From positions 24,800,001-24,864,000 of the forward strand of contig OZ024745.1 of assembly GCA_964016885.1 (NCBI GenBank): 64,000 bases of DNA, written 5' to 3'. The notes below the pieces were generated by a model that saw only the letters and a list, made by a program, of their open reading frames with translations, searched no databases and was not told the origin of the DNA. Positions 30,389 through 43,709 of this stretch are shown here, piece by piece (positions within the stretch are counted from its first letter, which is position 1; each line of letters starts with the position of its first letter). A program made the translations under genes and the position numbers. Source of the stretch: Eledone cirrhosa (lineage: Eukaryota).

Positions 30389-30795
30389 AGATAGATACAT
30401 AGATAAGTAGGTAGTTATTTGCCTTTCTGACTACCAATCAGTTCATTTAATTGTTTCTTACTCGGTTTATCCATGTATAGCCAGGTCGTTGACTCTTGCA
30501 TCCATGACCTTCTTAGATTAAGATGTTAAAAACAAAGCATATACAAACTCGCACCACCATTAAACATATACCCTCACACACGTACACATTCATTAGTAGA
30601 AAACAAAGAAAAATGAATACAGAAACGAGAGGACAATTTAAAATATCAGTGAAACAAATATCAGTGCAAAGTGGTTAAATTAAAATAATATGGGTTTATT
30701 TATTTGTTTATTTTCTGTTTACCAAGAAAGCTTATATCAATAAAACAAAATGGCGAAACAGATGTATCGGTACATAGGTGTATATATATAATGTA

Positions 30796-30943
<148 letters not shown>

Positions 30944-30989
30944 TATATATATATTGAAACAGTGAGCAGGTTTGAAATTAGAAAATATA

Positions 30990-31190
30990 TATATCTTTCA
31001 CCGTATTTTTGACTAAAGGAATTTTAGCCTGATAATGGGGTTTAGAACCCTCAGGTAAATGGAAAAAGATGAGTATTGACGTACATCAGCACATGTACGT
31101 CAATACTCATCTTTTTCCATTTACCTAAGGGTTCTAAACCCCATTATCAGGCTAAAATTCCTTTAGTCAAAAATACGGTGAAAGATATAT
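30990..31190. repeat. Near-perfect fold-back, about 97-bp arms and 6-nt loop
   Basis: ...GAGTATTGACGTACAT cagcac ATGTACGTCAATACTC...; one mismatch seen; flanked by (TA)n. Confidence 0.9.
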
Positions 31191-31210
31191 ATATATATAT
31201 ATATATATAT

Positions 31211-31405
31211 TGGAACAAGTATGACCCCGACGGCAGAGCTCAAGCTGTTTCGACGGCTAATTCTGAGTCCAGAATTAGCCGTCGAAACGGCTTTAGCTCT
31301 GCCGTCGGGGTCATACTTGTTCCTATTACCCACTCTACTACCCTAAGTATTGAGTACTTTGGTGCGTTATGGTCCATCTGGTTCCGAACCACATTTCCTT
31401 CGTTA
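31211..31405 (+). mobile_element. Hairpin-plus-tail repeat family (also 18487-18624, 60906-61074, 63632-63818)
   Basis: About 53-bp inverted arms (CCCCGACGGCAGAGC...GCTCTGCCGTCGGGG) then the tail ACCCACTCTACTACCCTAAGTATTGAGTAC; lies in (TA)n. Confidence 0.8.
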
Positions 31406-31421
31406 TATATATATTTATATT

Positions 31422-31518
<97 letters not shown>

Positions 31519-31585
31519 AAATCACTGCCAAAACTGGAATTGAACCATCAGCACAGTTGAGGTATGTCATACATCAATTTAGGTA

Positions 31586-31647
31586 TTTTATCTGATGAGG
31601 ACGTACTGAAAAAACAGCACAGTACCTCCGAAATATATATAATAAAA
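31586..31647 (+). ncRNA. Type I hammerhead ribozyme
   Basis: TTTTAT-CTGATGA-GGACGTACTG...CAGTACCTCC-GAAA-TATATA-TA^ATAAAA. Confidence 0.85.
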
Positions 31648-31814
31648 CATATATTTTGATTATGTGAATTTATCCATTTATTAATATTTTTTGAATATAT
31701 TTGAATATTTATTAATATTTTGAATATATTTGAATATTTTGAATATATTTGAATATATTTGAATATATTTGAATATATTTGAATATATTTTGAATATATA
31801 TATATATTTCTATA

Positions 31815-31854
<40 letters not shown>

Positions 31855-32036
31855 CCCAGCCACCTAGCTGCTTTCTACTGTATATTGCACATTGAGCACA
31901 TACCTTTACGCTTTGGCTTCTAACTAATTCACCAATCTCTCCTCTCATATCTCCATCTCTCTCTTTAAGATTGGTTACTCTTGAACTGCGTATACTTGAG
32001 CTCCTGTAGTTGACCTATTTACTGTTAGAAGTCACC

Positions 32037-33410
32037 ATGTTGAGCAAGCAGGAACTCAGAATCTCACTTAAATCCATACCTATCCCGAACAGGAAGACAT
32101 ACCTCAAACTCCTAATACAGAGTGTCAACTCTTTCATCCGAAGAATAAGATGGAAAGCGTTCCACTTTGACCGTGCGGTTGCTGCTGACGCCGGAAGTAC
32201 AGCAAATAGATATGGATTTACCACTTGCAAGAATCCCCCACACAACATCCTGCTGGACCCTTTCGAGAAAGATCTATTCAACTTCGTCAGGAGCATTAAA
32301 TTCAAAAAGCATTATAGACACAAGAATAACTTCCTCACTAAATTAGCAACAACTATAAAAAATTTAAAGATAGCCACCTCTTACATGTTATGTCTGACAA
32401 AACTAAAAATCTATACACCATGACTGCTGAAACTTACAACTCTTTCCTTCTTAAAGAACTCAATAAAAACTATAAAAAAACTATACCCTCCAGTGTAAAC
32501 GTACTTAACCGAAAAGCCCAGGCTTTGGTTAAGGACTTGAATCTAGATAGATTTACCCACCCTTATCTACCAACAACCCCAAGGTTCTCTCTCAAGCATC
32601 ATAAGCCAAACTTTATAGAGAACCCATCTATTAGACTTATAAGCCCAACCACATCTGACCAGGGCCGCATCAGTAAGAACATCCTTGATAGGATAATCCC
32701 TGGGCTACGGGATGATATCAACTACAAGTTGTGGTCCAACACCGACCAAGTCATTAGATGGTTCTCCGATCTAAGGTCCAAGCAATCTATGAGGTTCATC
32801 CAATTTGACATAGACAGCTATTACGTGTCAATAACCCCGGAACTGCTCAACAAAGCATTAACCCTAACCAGCACCAACTCGGACATAACCAATAATGAGA
32901 TTAACATCATACTTATGGCTAGGCAGACTATCATTGAATTCAACGGAGCACTCTAGACTAGAAAAGATAGAACAGACAACTTTGACATTACGAGGGGCTC
33001 AAGTGACTCCGCGAAAATCACCGATTTAGTTGGAATTTACCTATTACATAACATCAGAGCCGAAATCCAACCCTTGCAAGGCGGAATATACAGGGACGAC
33101 GCCCTATTTGCAGTCCACAATTGCACTAATCGGCAGTCATCAGAGCAGTAATCAAATATATCTCCTATAGGATCTCAATGCTATCAGCTAATGAGGAGAT
33201 ATTTACAAAACCATGCACAATATTATAATAAGGCTCTTTCTGAATCTGGTTATGAACAATCAATTTATTACATACCTAAATGCCATAACACAGCAATTCA
33301 CCATAATAAACTTAACACTAGAACTAGAAATACCTTAGCATATAGCCAGATTCGCCGGAATTTTAGCAGTAACAGCACCTATACAGGGAACTTCAATGGT
33401 GGCAGCAGTT
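32037..33410 (+). pseudogene. PLE reverse transcriptase (frameshift, stop codon, internal deletion)
   Basis: SLKSIPIP..FIRRIRWKA; LKHHKPNF..IRLISP; FIQFDIDSYYVSI; FDITRGSSDSAKITDLVG; GIYRDD; YYNKALSESGY. Confidence 0.9.
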
Positions 33411-34088
33411 AGTGAGAGTAGGGTAGTTTAACCTAAGCGGTAGGTCCGTGCTAGAAGGATTAGATGGGGGAGGTGTGCTACTAGAGTAATTATTGGTGTA
33501 GTGGCGTGGTGTATTTGATAGGGGTGGTGGTACCGCGGTGTGGGAGTTATACTGTCTTAGTTTATGATGGTTACTGAATGCGATGTGGTCCCCACTCCAA
33601 GTAGCAAACTAAAAATCACCCTAGAATAGGAATGAGAAATAGGATGACTAATAACAAATTCCCAGGTAATAATAACCCTAGGAAGGCCCCTACCAACTCC
33701 ACTAGAACCCCTAGAAGGAATAGACCTAGAAATATCACCTGGCTTAACCCTCCCATTCTCATCTAATCTAGCCACTAATATCCCCAAACGCTTCTTCTCT
33801 ATCCTATCTAAACATTTCCCCCCCAACCATAGATATTACAAACTCTTTAATAAAAATAACATTAACATCTCATTATCCACAACACCTAACCTAGCTAGCC
33901 ACATCGCATTCAGTAACCATCATAAACTAAGACAGTATAACTCCCACGCCGCGGTACCACCACTCCTATCAAATACAGCACGCCACTACACCAATAATTA
34001 CTCTAGTAGCACACCTCCCCCATCTAATCCTTCTAGCACGGACCTACCGCTTAGGTTAAACTACCCTACTCTCACTAACCGCAGAAGC

Positions 34089-34523
34089 AACTGCAACTGC
34101 CGTTAGCCCAATGCATGCCCATTAAATGGACACTGCCTGACACCCAACATAGTCTATAGGTGCACGGTTAAAACTGCTTCGAATACCAGCTCTTATATCG
34201 GGTCTACCTCTAACCCTTTTAAGGTACGCTATAACGCGCACTCTTTTTCCTTCCGAGACCCTAGCAACAGATGTTCGACATCGCTAGCTAGGCTCATTAA
34301 AAACATTAAATTAAACAACGTTCAACACTCACTAAAATGGGATATCGTGGCTAGGGCCCAACCGTTCAATGGACGAAGAAAATCTTGTGATCTCTGTATT
34401 ACAAAAGTATATTACATAACTCTATCACGACCTCTACCGATTAACGATAAAACGGAGGTAACTATTAGCTGTCAACATCGAAGGGCTAATTCCTTCGCCA
34501 ATAGAATATTTGACTCAACTTAG
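34089..34523 (+). pseudogene. PLE GIY-YIG endonuclease with Cys-rich linker
   Basis: CNCR*PNACPLNGHCLTPNIVYRC...SYIGSTS..RYNAH..WDIV..CDLC..SCQH. Confidence 0.88.
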
Positions 34524-34900
34524 TCATCTAGCCCCATTTTTACTTGTAGCTAATAAGTTAAATTGCTATGAACAATTTAGATAATTATAAGTTACCTCCC
34601 CTACATTGTCTCTCAATTAAAACATTTAAAAATTAGCATTTAACTATAAACACCCACAATTTCTAATCTCTCGAGGAGTTACTTCCCCTGAAACCACCCT
34701 CTAATTAGTAAGGTAAATATGTCCTTTGGCAGTCATCTTGTTACCCATAGGCTGATCTCACACAATGCAGCCTCGACAGATGAATACTGCTTGTTTATGG
34801 CTGACAACTGATGCAACCAAGACACCATAGTAAAAAACCAATATATGGAACATTATATTATGTAACATTCTCTCATTATTTTAATATATATTCCATTGAA

Positions 34901-35020
34901 GTTCCGATGAGCCGCTCTGTCTTTTAAATATGTTAATTATTTTCAACTGAACCAGATCAATTATGTTATATAGTCTTCTGATCCCGAAATATTATATGGA
35001 GTAGCGAAACAATTGTAAAC
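34901..35020 (+). ncRNA. PLE hammerhead with long stem II and a mutated core (CCGATGA)
   Basis: GTT-CCGATGA-GCCGCTC...GAGTAGC-GAAA-CAATTG-TA^AAC. Confidence 0.65.
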
Positions 35021-35451
35021 GAACATTATTATTATTAATATTATTATTATTATTCTCTACATTCCTTACATCAAACTAAAATATGTTGACAATCTTTTAA
35101 TAATGTCTTCCTTGTGAAATTTGTGGTCTTGTTTTGCTTAACTAATGAATATTTCAAGCTATGCGCACCTAACTTATGCATGAACTCAGCCACCTATCTG
35201 CTTTCTACTGCATATTGCACATTGAGCACATGCCTTTACGCTTTGGCTTCTAACTAATTCACCAATCTCTCCTCTCATATCTCCTCTCCTATCTCCATCT
35301 CTCTCTTTAAGATTGGTTACTCTTGAATTGTGTATATATATATATACACATATATATACATATATATGTGTGTGTGGTGGTAGCTAAGGTGCTTCCATAG
35401 GCGGTATGCCGCTAGAGCACTCTATGCTCTTACAGAGCAGAGTATGATATA

Positions 35452-35928
35452 ATATAAAACGAAAAATCAGTGATGCATCTGAACTCAATTTATTGTGTGT
35501 TATAATTGTTTCGCCGGCGGACAGCTCGAGATACGATCATTGTGTGGATCTGTCTGATTCTGGATCTGCAGGTTCGACGGACACGTCTAATGATTTCGGA
35601 GCAAATTCCTTCACTGGGGTGTTAGCGTCAAAAACATCCTCTTCGTGCATCCTGTGTGTATATATGTGTGTGTGAGTGCGCGGGTGGACGTTCACACGTC
35701 GCACTCACACACACATATATACACACAGGACGCGCGAAGAGGATGTTTTTGACGCTAACACCCCAGTGAAGGAATTTGCTCCGAAATCATTAGACGTGTC
35801 CGTCGAACCTGCAGATCCAGAATCAGACAGATCCACACAATGATCGTATCTCGAGCTGTCCGCCGGCGAAAATATTGTAACACACAATAAATTGAGTTTA
35901 GATGCATCACTGATTTTTCGTTTTATAT
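35452..35928. repeat. About 229-bp inverted repeat with 19-nt spacer, probably a PLE terminus
   Basis: 35452-35680 versus 35700-35928; contains a GAAA-CAATT(G)TA-like half hammerhead followed by AATAAA. Confidence 0.8.
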
Positions 35929-35982
35929 ATATATAGATACATTTATATATATATATGTATGTATACATATATATATGTATGT

Positions 35983-36088
<106 letters not shown>

Positions 36089-36089
36089 G

Positions 36090-36568
36090 TATATATATGT
36101 GTGCATGTATACATATATGTATGTACGTATACATACATATATTTAAGTAACAGCCGTACTAAGAGTGAGAAATGAAATTTCGTTTCATTTTTTCCGTTTA
36201 TGGTTTTCGGTGCCCCCGGCCGATTAACTCACTCGATATGCAAAATAGGCTGCACAGCCGTTAATATGCATAAGGAAAGTATATACTTTCAGACGTTCAA
36301 TCATCTAGCAGGAAGGTATACGGTGCTGACGATAGCTAATAAGCTTGAAACTAGTACATCGTTCCTTTGTCAGTGTTGAATAAAGGGGCAACGATGGTTG
36401 CTAAACACTGTACGGCTTAATTCGGGATGTTTGTTTACAAACAAACCGAGCATTATAATAAATGTTCGGTAAATCCACATGTACATATATATATGTGTGC
36501 ATGTATGTATATATATACACATGCTACTGTACGTCTGTATACATATATGTATGTACGTATACATACTT
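36090..36568 (+). mobile_element. Second copy of the about 423-nt hammerhead element
   Basis: Aligns to 400-866; hammerhead ACGGTG-CTGACGA-TAGCtaataaGCTT-GAAA-CTAG-TA^CATCGT at 36320-36362. Confidence 0.85.
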
Positions 36569-36628
36569 ATATATATATATATATATATATATATCCATAC
36601 ATATATATATAAGTATGTATATATACAC

Positions 36629-36659
<31 letters not shown>

Positions 36660-36663
36660 CATA

Positions 36664-36805
<142 letters not shown>

Positions 36806-37258
36806 TATTACACCTCTATTCTTTTAACTATATATAAATATATATATTTTAGAATGTATACAACCTTCACACTTTCCCCGGACACGTAAACAAGCTCACA
36901 AGAAGTAATCAACAGACTAAAAGAACTTGACCCCCCCCCCCCACACACACACACACTTCGACAGTTACCCACATAGTTTAGAGGCATTTTCTCAGTGAAA
37001 TCGAACTTAAAACGTCATGATTGTGAAACGAAACCTACTTCTTTATTATTCAGCCATGTTGATTTCGTATATTTTCATGCATACATAAAAGCACACATAT
37101 ATACATATACATACATACATGCATGCATGCATACATACATACATACATACATACATACATACATACATACATACATACATACATACATACATAGGCAAAT
37201 GTTCAGATATAGAAAATACAAAAATACATACAAGCACACACGCACATATATATATATA

Positions 37259-37359
<101 letters not shown>

Positions 37360-37679
37360 ACATATATATACATATATATATACGCACTCATACAGATGCA
37401 CACACAAACACAGTCACATATATACATGTATATATACGTACACTTTATATACACACATCCATATACAAAAATACACTGGCCAGATGATTAAAAGACAAAA
37501 CAGTGAAATTAAGTTAAAAAGAAGTATAGATATTTTCCCGCTCATTTCAGTCACCATGGATACTGAACTAGTCTGAAGATGGGTTATCACTGGAAGAAAA
37601 TCACAGTAGGAGAGGTTATTGTTCCCAAAACTTCGCATTTAGATTGTTTGAATTATTTTTTCCTTTGTTGTTGTTGTTT

Positions 37680-39140
37680 TTGTGTTGTTGTTGTTGTTAT
37701 TATTGCTGCTGTTGTTGTAGTTGATGTTATTGCTGCTGTTGTTGTAGTTGTTGTTATTTCTGCTGTTGTTGTAGTTGTTGTTATTGTTGCTGCTGTTATT
37801 GTAGTTGTTGTTATTGTTGCTGCTGTTGTTGTAGTTGTTGTTATTGTTGCTGCTGTTGTTGTAGTTGTTGTTATTGCTGCTGCTGTTGTTGTAGCTGTTG
37901 TTATTGCTGCTGCTGTTGTTGTAGTTGTTGTTATTGTTGCTGTGTTGTAGTTGTTGTTATTGCTGCTGTTGATGTAGTTGTTGTTATTGTTGCTCTGTTG
38001 TAGTTGTTGTTATTGCTGCTGCTGTTGTTGTAGTTGTTGTTATTGCTGCTGTTGTTGTAGTTGTTGTTATTACTGCTGCTGTTGTTGTAGTTGTTGTTAT
38101 TTCTGCTGCTGTTGTTGTAGTTGTTGTTATTTCTGCTGTTGTTGTTGTAGTTGTTGTTATTTCTGCTGTTGTTGATGTAGTTGTTGTTATTGTTGCTCTG
38201 TTGTAGTTGTTGTTATTGCTGCTGCTGTTGTTGTAGTTGTTGTTATTGCTGCTGTTGTTGTTGTAGTTGTTGTTATTTCTGCTGCTGCTGTTGTTGTAGT
38301 TGTTGTTATTTCTGCTGCTGTTGTTGTAGTTGTTGTTATTTCTGTTGTTGTTGTTGTAGTTGTTGTTATTTCTGCTGCTGTTGTTGTAGTTGTTGTTATT
38401 TCTGCTGCTGTTGTTGTAGTTGTTGTTATTTCTGCTGTTGTTGTTGTAGTTGTTGTTATTTCTGCTGCTGTTGTTGTAGTTGTTGTTATTTCTGCTGCTG
38501 TTGTTGTAGTTGTTGTTATTTCTGCTGTTGTTGTTGTAGTTGTTGTTATTGTTGCTGCTGTTGTTGTAGTTGTTGTTATTGCTGCTGCTGTTGTTGTAGT
38601 TGTTGTTATTTCTGCTGTTGTTGTAGTTGTTGTTATTACTGCTGCTGTTGTTGTAGTTGTTGTTATTGCTGCTGTTGTTGTAGTTGTTGTTATTGCTGCT
38701 GCTGTTGTTGTAGTTGTTGTTATTGCTGCTGCTGTGGTTGTAGTTGTTGTTATTGCTGCTGTTGTTGTAGTTGTTATTGTTGCTGCTGTTGATGTAGTTG
38801 TTGTTATTGCTGCTGTTGTTGTAGTTGTTGTTATTGCTGCTGTTGTTGTAGTTGTTATTGTTGCTGCTGTTGTTGTAGTTGTTGTTATTGCTGCTGTTGT
38901 TGTTGTAGTTGTTGTTATTGCTGCTGTTGTTGTAGTTGTTGTTATTGTTGCTGTTGTTGTAGTTGTTATTGTTGCTGTAGCTGTTGTTGTAGTTGTTGTT
39001 ATTGCTGCTGCTGTTGTTGTAGTTGTTGTTATTGCTGATGTTGTTGTAGTTGTTGTTATTGCTGCTGTTGTTGTAGTTGTTGTTATTGCTGCTGTTGTTG
39101 TTGTAGTTGTTATTGCTGCTGTTGTTGTTGTTGTTGTTGT
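37680..39140. repeat. GTT/GCT triplet-based minisatellite, about 27-30 bp unit
   Basis: Unit GTAGTTGTTGTTATT(GCT)n(GTT)n. Confidence 0.93.
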
Positions 39141-39407
39141 TTTATTATTATTATTGTTAAGGTTGTTTGTTTCGTCTTCGTCTCCTTCCGTATAGTTGAA
39201 ATAACCTGATAAAAATGACTCCAGCAAAAATGAAAAATATATAAAATAAAATAAAAATAAAAATAAGTTTAAACAATAAAAAAAAAAGACTAGAATATAT
39301 AGATTTTGATCATCCGGGTTCCAAAGATGTCTACCTCCTTCCACATTGCCTTCTTATATTTTACATACATACACACACGTGTGTATATATTTATATATAT
39401 ATATACG

Positions 39408-39502
<95 letters not shown>

Positions 39503-39519
39503 GTGTAAGTATATATATA

Positions 39520-39585
<66 letters not shown>

Positions 39586-39633
39586 CACGTGCGTGTATGC
39601 ATATATATATAGACATATATATACATATATATA

Positions 39634-39682
<49 letters not shown>

Positions 39683-39715
39683 ATATATATGTGTATGTAT
39701 ATACTGTATATATAC

Positions 39716-39970
<255 letters not shown>

Positions 39971-40014
39971 TATTTATATATATGTGTGTATGTATATATA
40001 TGTATATATATATA

Positions 40015-40098
<84 letters not shown>

Positions 40099-40224
40099 CT
40101 TGATCACCTTGACCGACCAGTCTGTCGGGCGGCATTCGGCGCCGCTGGTCACAGCACGTTGTTGTTTTAGCCATACGATGACGCCATCCGACTGGCTGGG
40201 CGGGCAGACCATACCCGAACTACA

Positions 40225-40285
40225 CCGATGTCCTGTAATTCAGCGCCGAAACATATGCCCGGGAAACATTTACAGCTGACGATGG
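40225..40285 (+). ncRNA. Permuted hammerhead-like motif, copy A
   Basis: ATGTC^CTGTAA...CC-GAAA-CAT...TTACAG-CTGACGA-TGG. Confidence 0.6.
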
Positions 40286-40997
40286 AAACTTCTTTCTTCC
40301 TTTCTCCTCCTGTTCCGTCCCAACCACCATCCTAAACCTTGTTTTTAGTAACCACACAGCTCCTTTCGTTTCATAACTTTTTGTATTTACCACTGTGACC
40401 CTACCTGCTTTGGTCGATCTGTGTACCCTCCACACTTTCGCATCGACCCTCCCTTCTCTCTTCCCTTCTCCTCCTCACTCTCGTTTTTTTCTCTCTCCCT
40501 CTCTCTCTATCCATCCGTTCGATTTTGATTGTTGACATGTTTACATGTGCCGTGGTGGCCTCTGTCCGCAATCTTTGCGGCACGTTTTTACCACCGTCGT
40601 AAAAAAACAACCTTCTGGATTATCTCCCTTTCCCTTCTCCTCCTCACTTTTGGTTGCCCGTGTCTCTCTCTCACTTTCTCCTGTCTATGTGAGAGGCAGC
40701 ACGATTATACCAGCTCTGAGTCGTAGCTGACCACCAGGCTAAAGTCTCCCAGGTTGGCCACAACTTACTTTCCCTATTTTTCCACGGTTACTTTTTTGCA
40801 TGTTTCTTTCACCTGTGTCTTCCCACGATGGGACCTGTACACTTTTTTCTTCTATTCCTTTCCTATTTTTCCCCTTCTGTCTCTCTCCCCACCCCCACCC
40901 CCTCCCCTGTTCTTCCTCATTTCGCTCTCTTTCCTTTTCTCTCCTTTTCCACCTGGCCTTTTGATTAATAAAAGGCCTCGGGCGCACCCGAACTTCA

Positions 40998-41058
40998 CCG
41001 ATGTCCTGTAATTCAGTGCCGAAACATCGGATCGGGATACATTTACATCTGACGATGG
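40998..41058 (+). ncRNA. Permuted hammerhead-like motif, copy B
   Basis: CCGATGTC^CTGTAA...CC-GAAA-CATCGG...TTACAT-CTGACGA-TGG; 7-bp stem III, first stem I pair mismatched. Confidence 0.55.
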
Positions 41059-41240
41059 AAACTCCTTTCTTCCTTTCTCCTCCTCTTCCGTCCCAACCAC
41101 CATCCTAAACCTTTCGTTTCATAACTTTTTGTGTATATATATATATATATATATAATTGAGATAAGCGGAGCAAGTAAAATTTAAACAATTTTTCAAAAT
41201 AAATTAAAAAATATACTTTAAGTATTTACCTAATCCATTT

Positions 41241-41320
41241 GCTTTTACCGACGGTTTCATCTTACAAAAGATTGGAGATCCTAGGGACCTCCAATGGAAA
41301 TGTTCGGATCATCAGAGAGC
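41241..41320 (-). ncRNA. Type I hammerhead ribozyme
   Basis: Minus strand GCTCT-CTGATGA-TC...ATTGGAG/CTCCAAT hairpin...GAT-GAAA-CCG t CGG-TA^AAAGC. Confidence 0.65.
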
Positions 41321-41582
41321 ATTTTCCTTTCCTAGGACAGAAGTCCCAAGAACGGCAAAATATATTGCCACCTGCCAGCTAGCACAGGATCGAATGAGGC
41401 CGTAAACTTGACCTATACATGAACCAGCCCTTAGTAGAAGTAGGAAGTAAACATAGACGTGTTGTCTATTATAGTTCTGGTATGTCAAATTAATACCATA
41501 GAACACCACTGTATCATAGACACCCTATATATTTCCAGGGGTACTTAGTACCTGTGGGGATATTAATCTCCTTTTATATATG

Positions 41583-41632
<50 letters not shown>

Positions 41633-41919
41633 AATATATATATATATATATATAAAAGAGAATATGAATATATATTTATATATAGAGAGAGAGAGATTCG
41701 TATGCATATACTTATATATGAATATGTATGTATATGTATATGTAAATGTTTGTATGGGTATGTGTGTGTACGTGTATGGGCGTGTGTGAGTGTGTGTGTG
41801 TCTGATTTCTGTTTTTTTCTCATGCCACATATAGGCTAATACACACAATTATGCATAGAAGCCAACACACACACGCATGGCACGTTCACTCACATGCTCA
41901 TAGACACGCACACACACAG

Positions 41920-42029
<110 letters not shown>

Positions 42030-42395
42030 ACACACATGCAAGCACACACAGAGACATATACCGGATTACACGCCGGCTATCTAACAAACTCCATATTTAA
42101 AACTTTCTAGATTTAGAGAGATGATATTAAATATTTTGTTTTGGTCTACCCTCTTTCCCATGTTACTCTTCCTTGATGAAAGACTAACGTCCGTTACGTT
42201 GAATCATTTCTTTTACATTTTTCAAATCTTTATCATTTTCTCCATATAAAACGATTTGAATATATATATATGTGTGTGTGTGATATGTGCAGACATATCT
42301 GCAAGTCCCACAGCATAGCCCCTGCATTAAACCTCCAAGTGTACAATGTCTTGTAGTTGATATTTCGTAACCGAAACTGCATACATATATGTGTG

Positions 42396-42447
<52 letters not shown>

Positions 42448-42476
42448 AGCGAGAGAGAGAGAGAGAGCGAGGGGGG

Positions 42477-42507
<31 letters not shown>

Positions 42508-42975
42508 GAAGAGAGCGAGAGAGAGAGAGAAAACGAAAGAGAGACGGGAAGAGAGAGAGAGAGAGACAGAAAGCGAGAGGGAGCAAGTACATATCCGTGT
42601 TATTTGTTTATGACATTGCAATTCGACTGAAAAATATTGATGAAATAACGACCAAACTATAGGTACTGTGGTTAATATGATCGATTTAAGAAGCTGATGT
42701 ACCAGCATGGCCACTCTGTATTGACTGAAACTAGTAAAGGAATAAACGAAAATGAGTACACACACACACACACACTCTCTCTCCTACACACATTAACAAA
42801 CATATACACACACATATATTCACACACACACACATATATATAGATATATATGTTTGTATTGGATGCGTATACGCATGTGTTTTGCGAGCTTCTGTTTAAA
42901 TACATACATTTAGTCATATATTTGTCTGTGTGTCTGACGTATTTAAAAGCATGTATATTTGTAAACAATCATATG

Positions 42976-43182
<207 letters not shown>

Positions 43183-43337
43183 ATATATACTATATACTGG
43201 CGTGTATTTCTTATATATGTGATGTATGTATGTGTATTAGTTTGTTTATCCAAACTCACATTCATGTCTGCATGTGTGAGTATGCACGTGAAATCTGTCT
43301 CTTTGTCCAATAATTAGATTTTCGTTAGTTTAATTAG

Positions 43338-43489
<152 letters not shown>

Positions 43490-43524
43490 ATATATATATA
43501 TGAGTGTGTGTGCAGGAATGTGTG

Positions 43525-43623
<99 letters not shown>

Positions 43624-43709
43624 CTCGATTAATTAATTAATTCCGGATTTTTAAAAACTTTTTGATGTTTTAATATGTTTTAATTATTACTGTTCTTTGC
43701 TGTTTTTGT

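Larger units (their letters stand above)
31851..35332 (+). mobile_element. Penelope-like retroelement (Naiad-like), decayed, with direct terminal repeats
   Basis: Repeats 31851-31990 and 35181-35332; RT and GIY-YIG remnants; hammerhead in the 3' region; inserted in (TA)n. Confidence 0.92.
40097..41132 (+). mobile_element. Non-coding retrozyme-like element with direct repeats carrying permuted hammerhead motifs
   Basis: Direct repeats about 40213-40384 and 40986-41132; no credible ORF; (TA)n on both sides. Confidence 0.7.

Noticed and set aside
34089-35020. Selenoprotein recoding or SECIS in the Naiad-like PLE
   Set aside because: The in-frame stops I found are TAG, not TGA at Cys positions, and there is no convincing SECIS helix in the hammerhead stem II loop.
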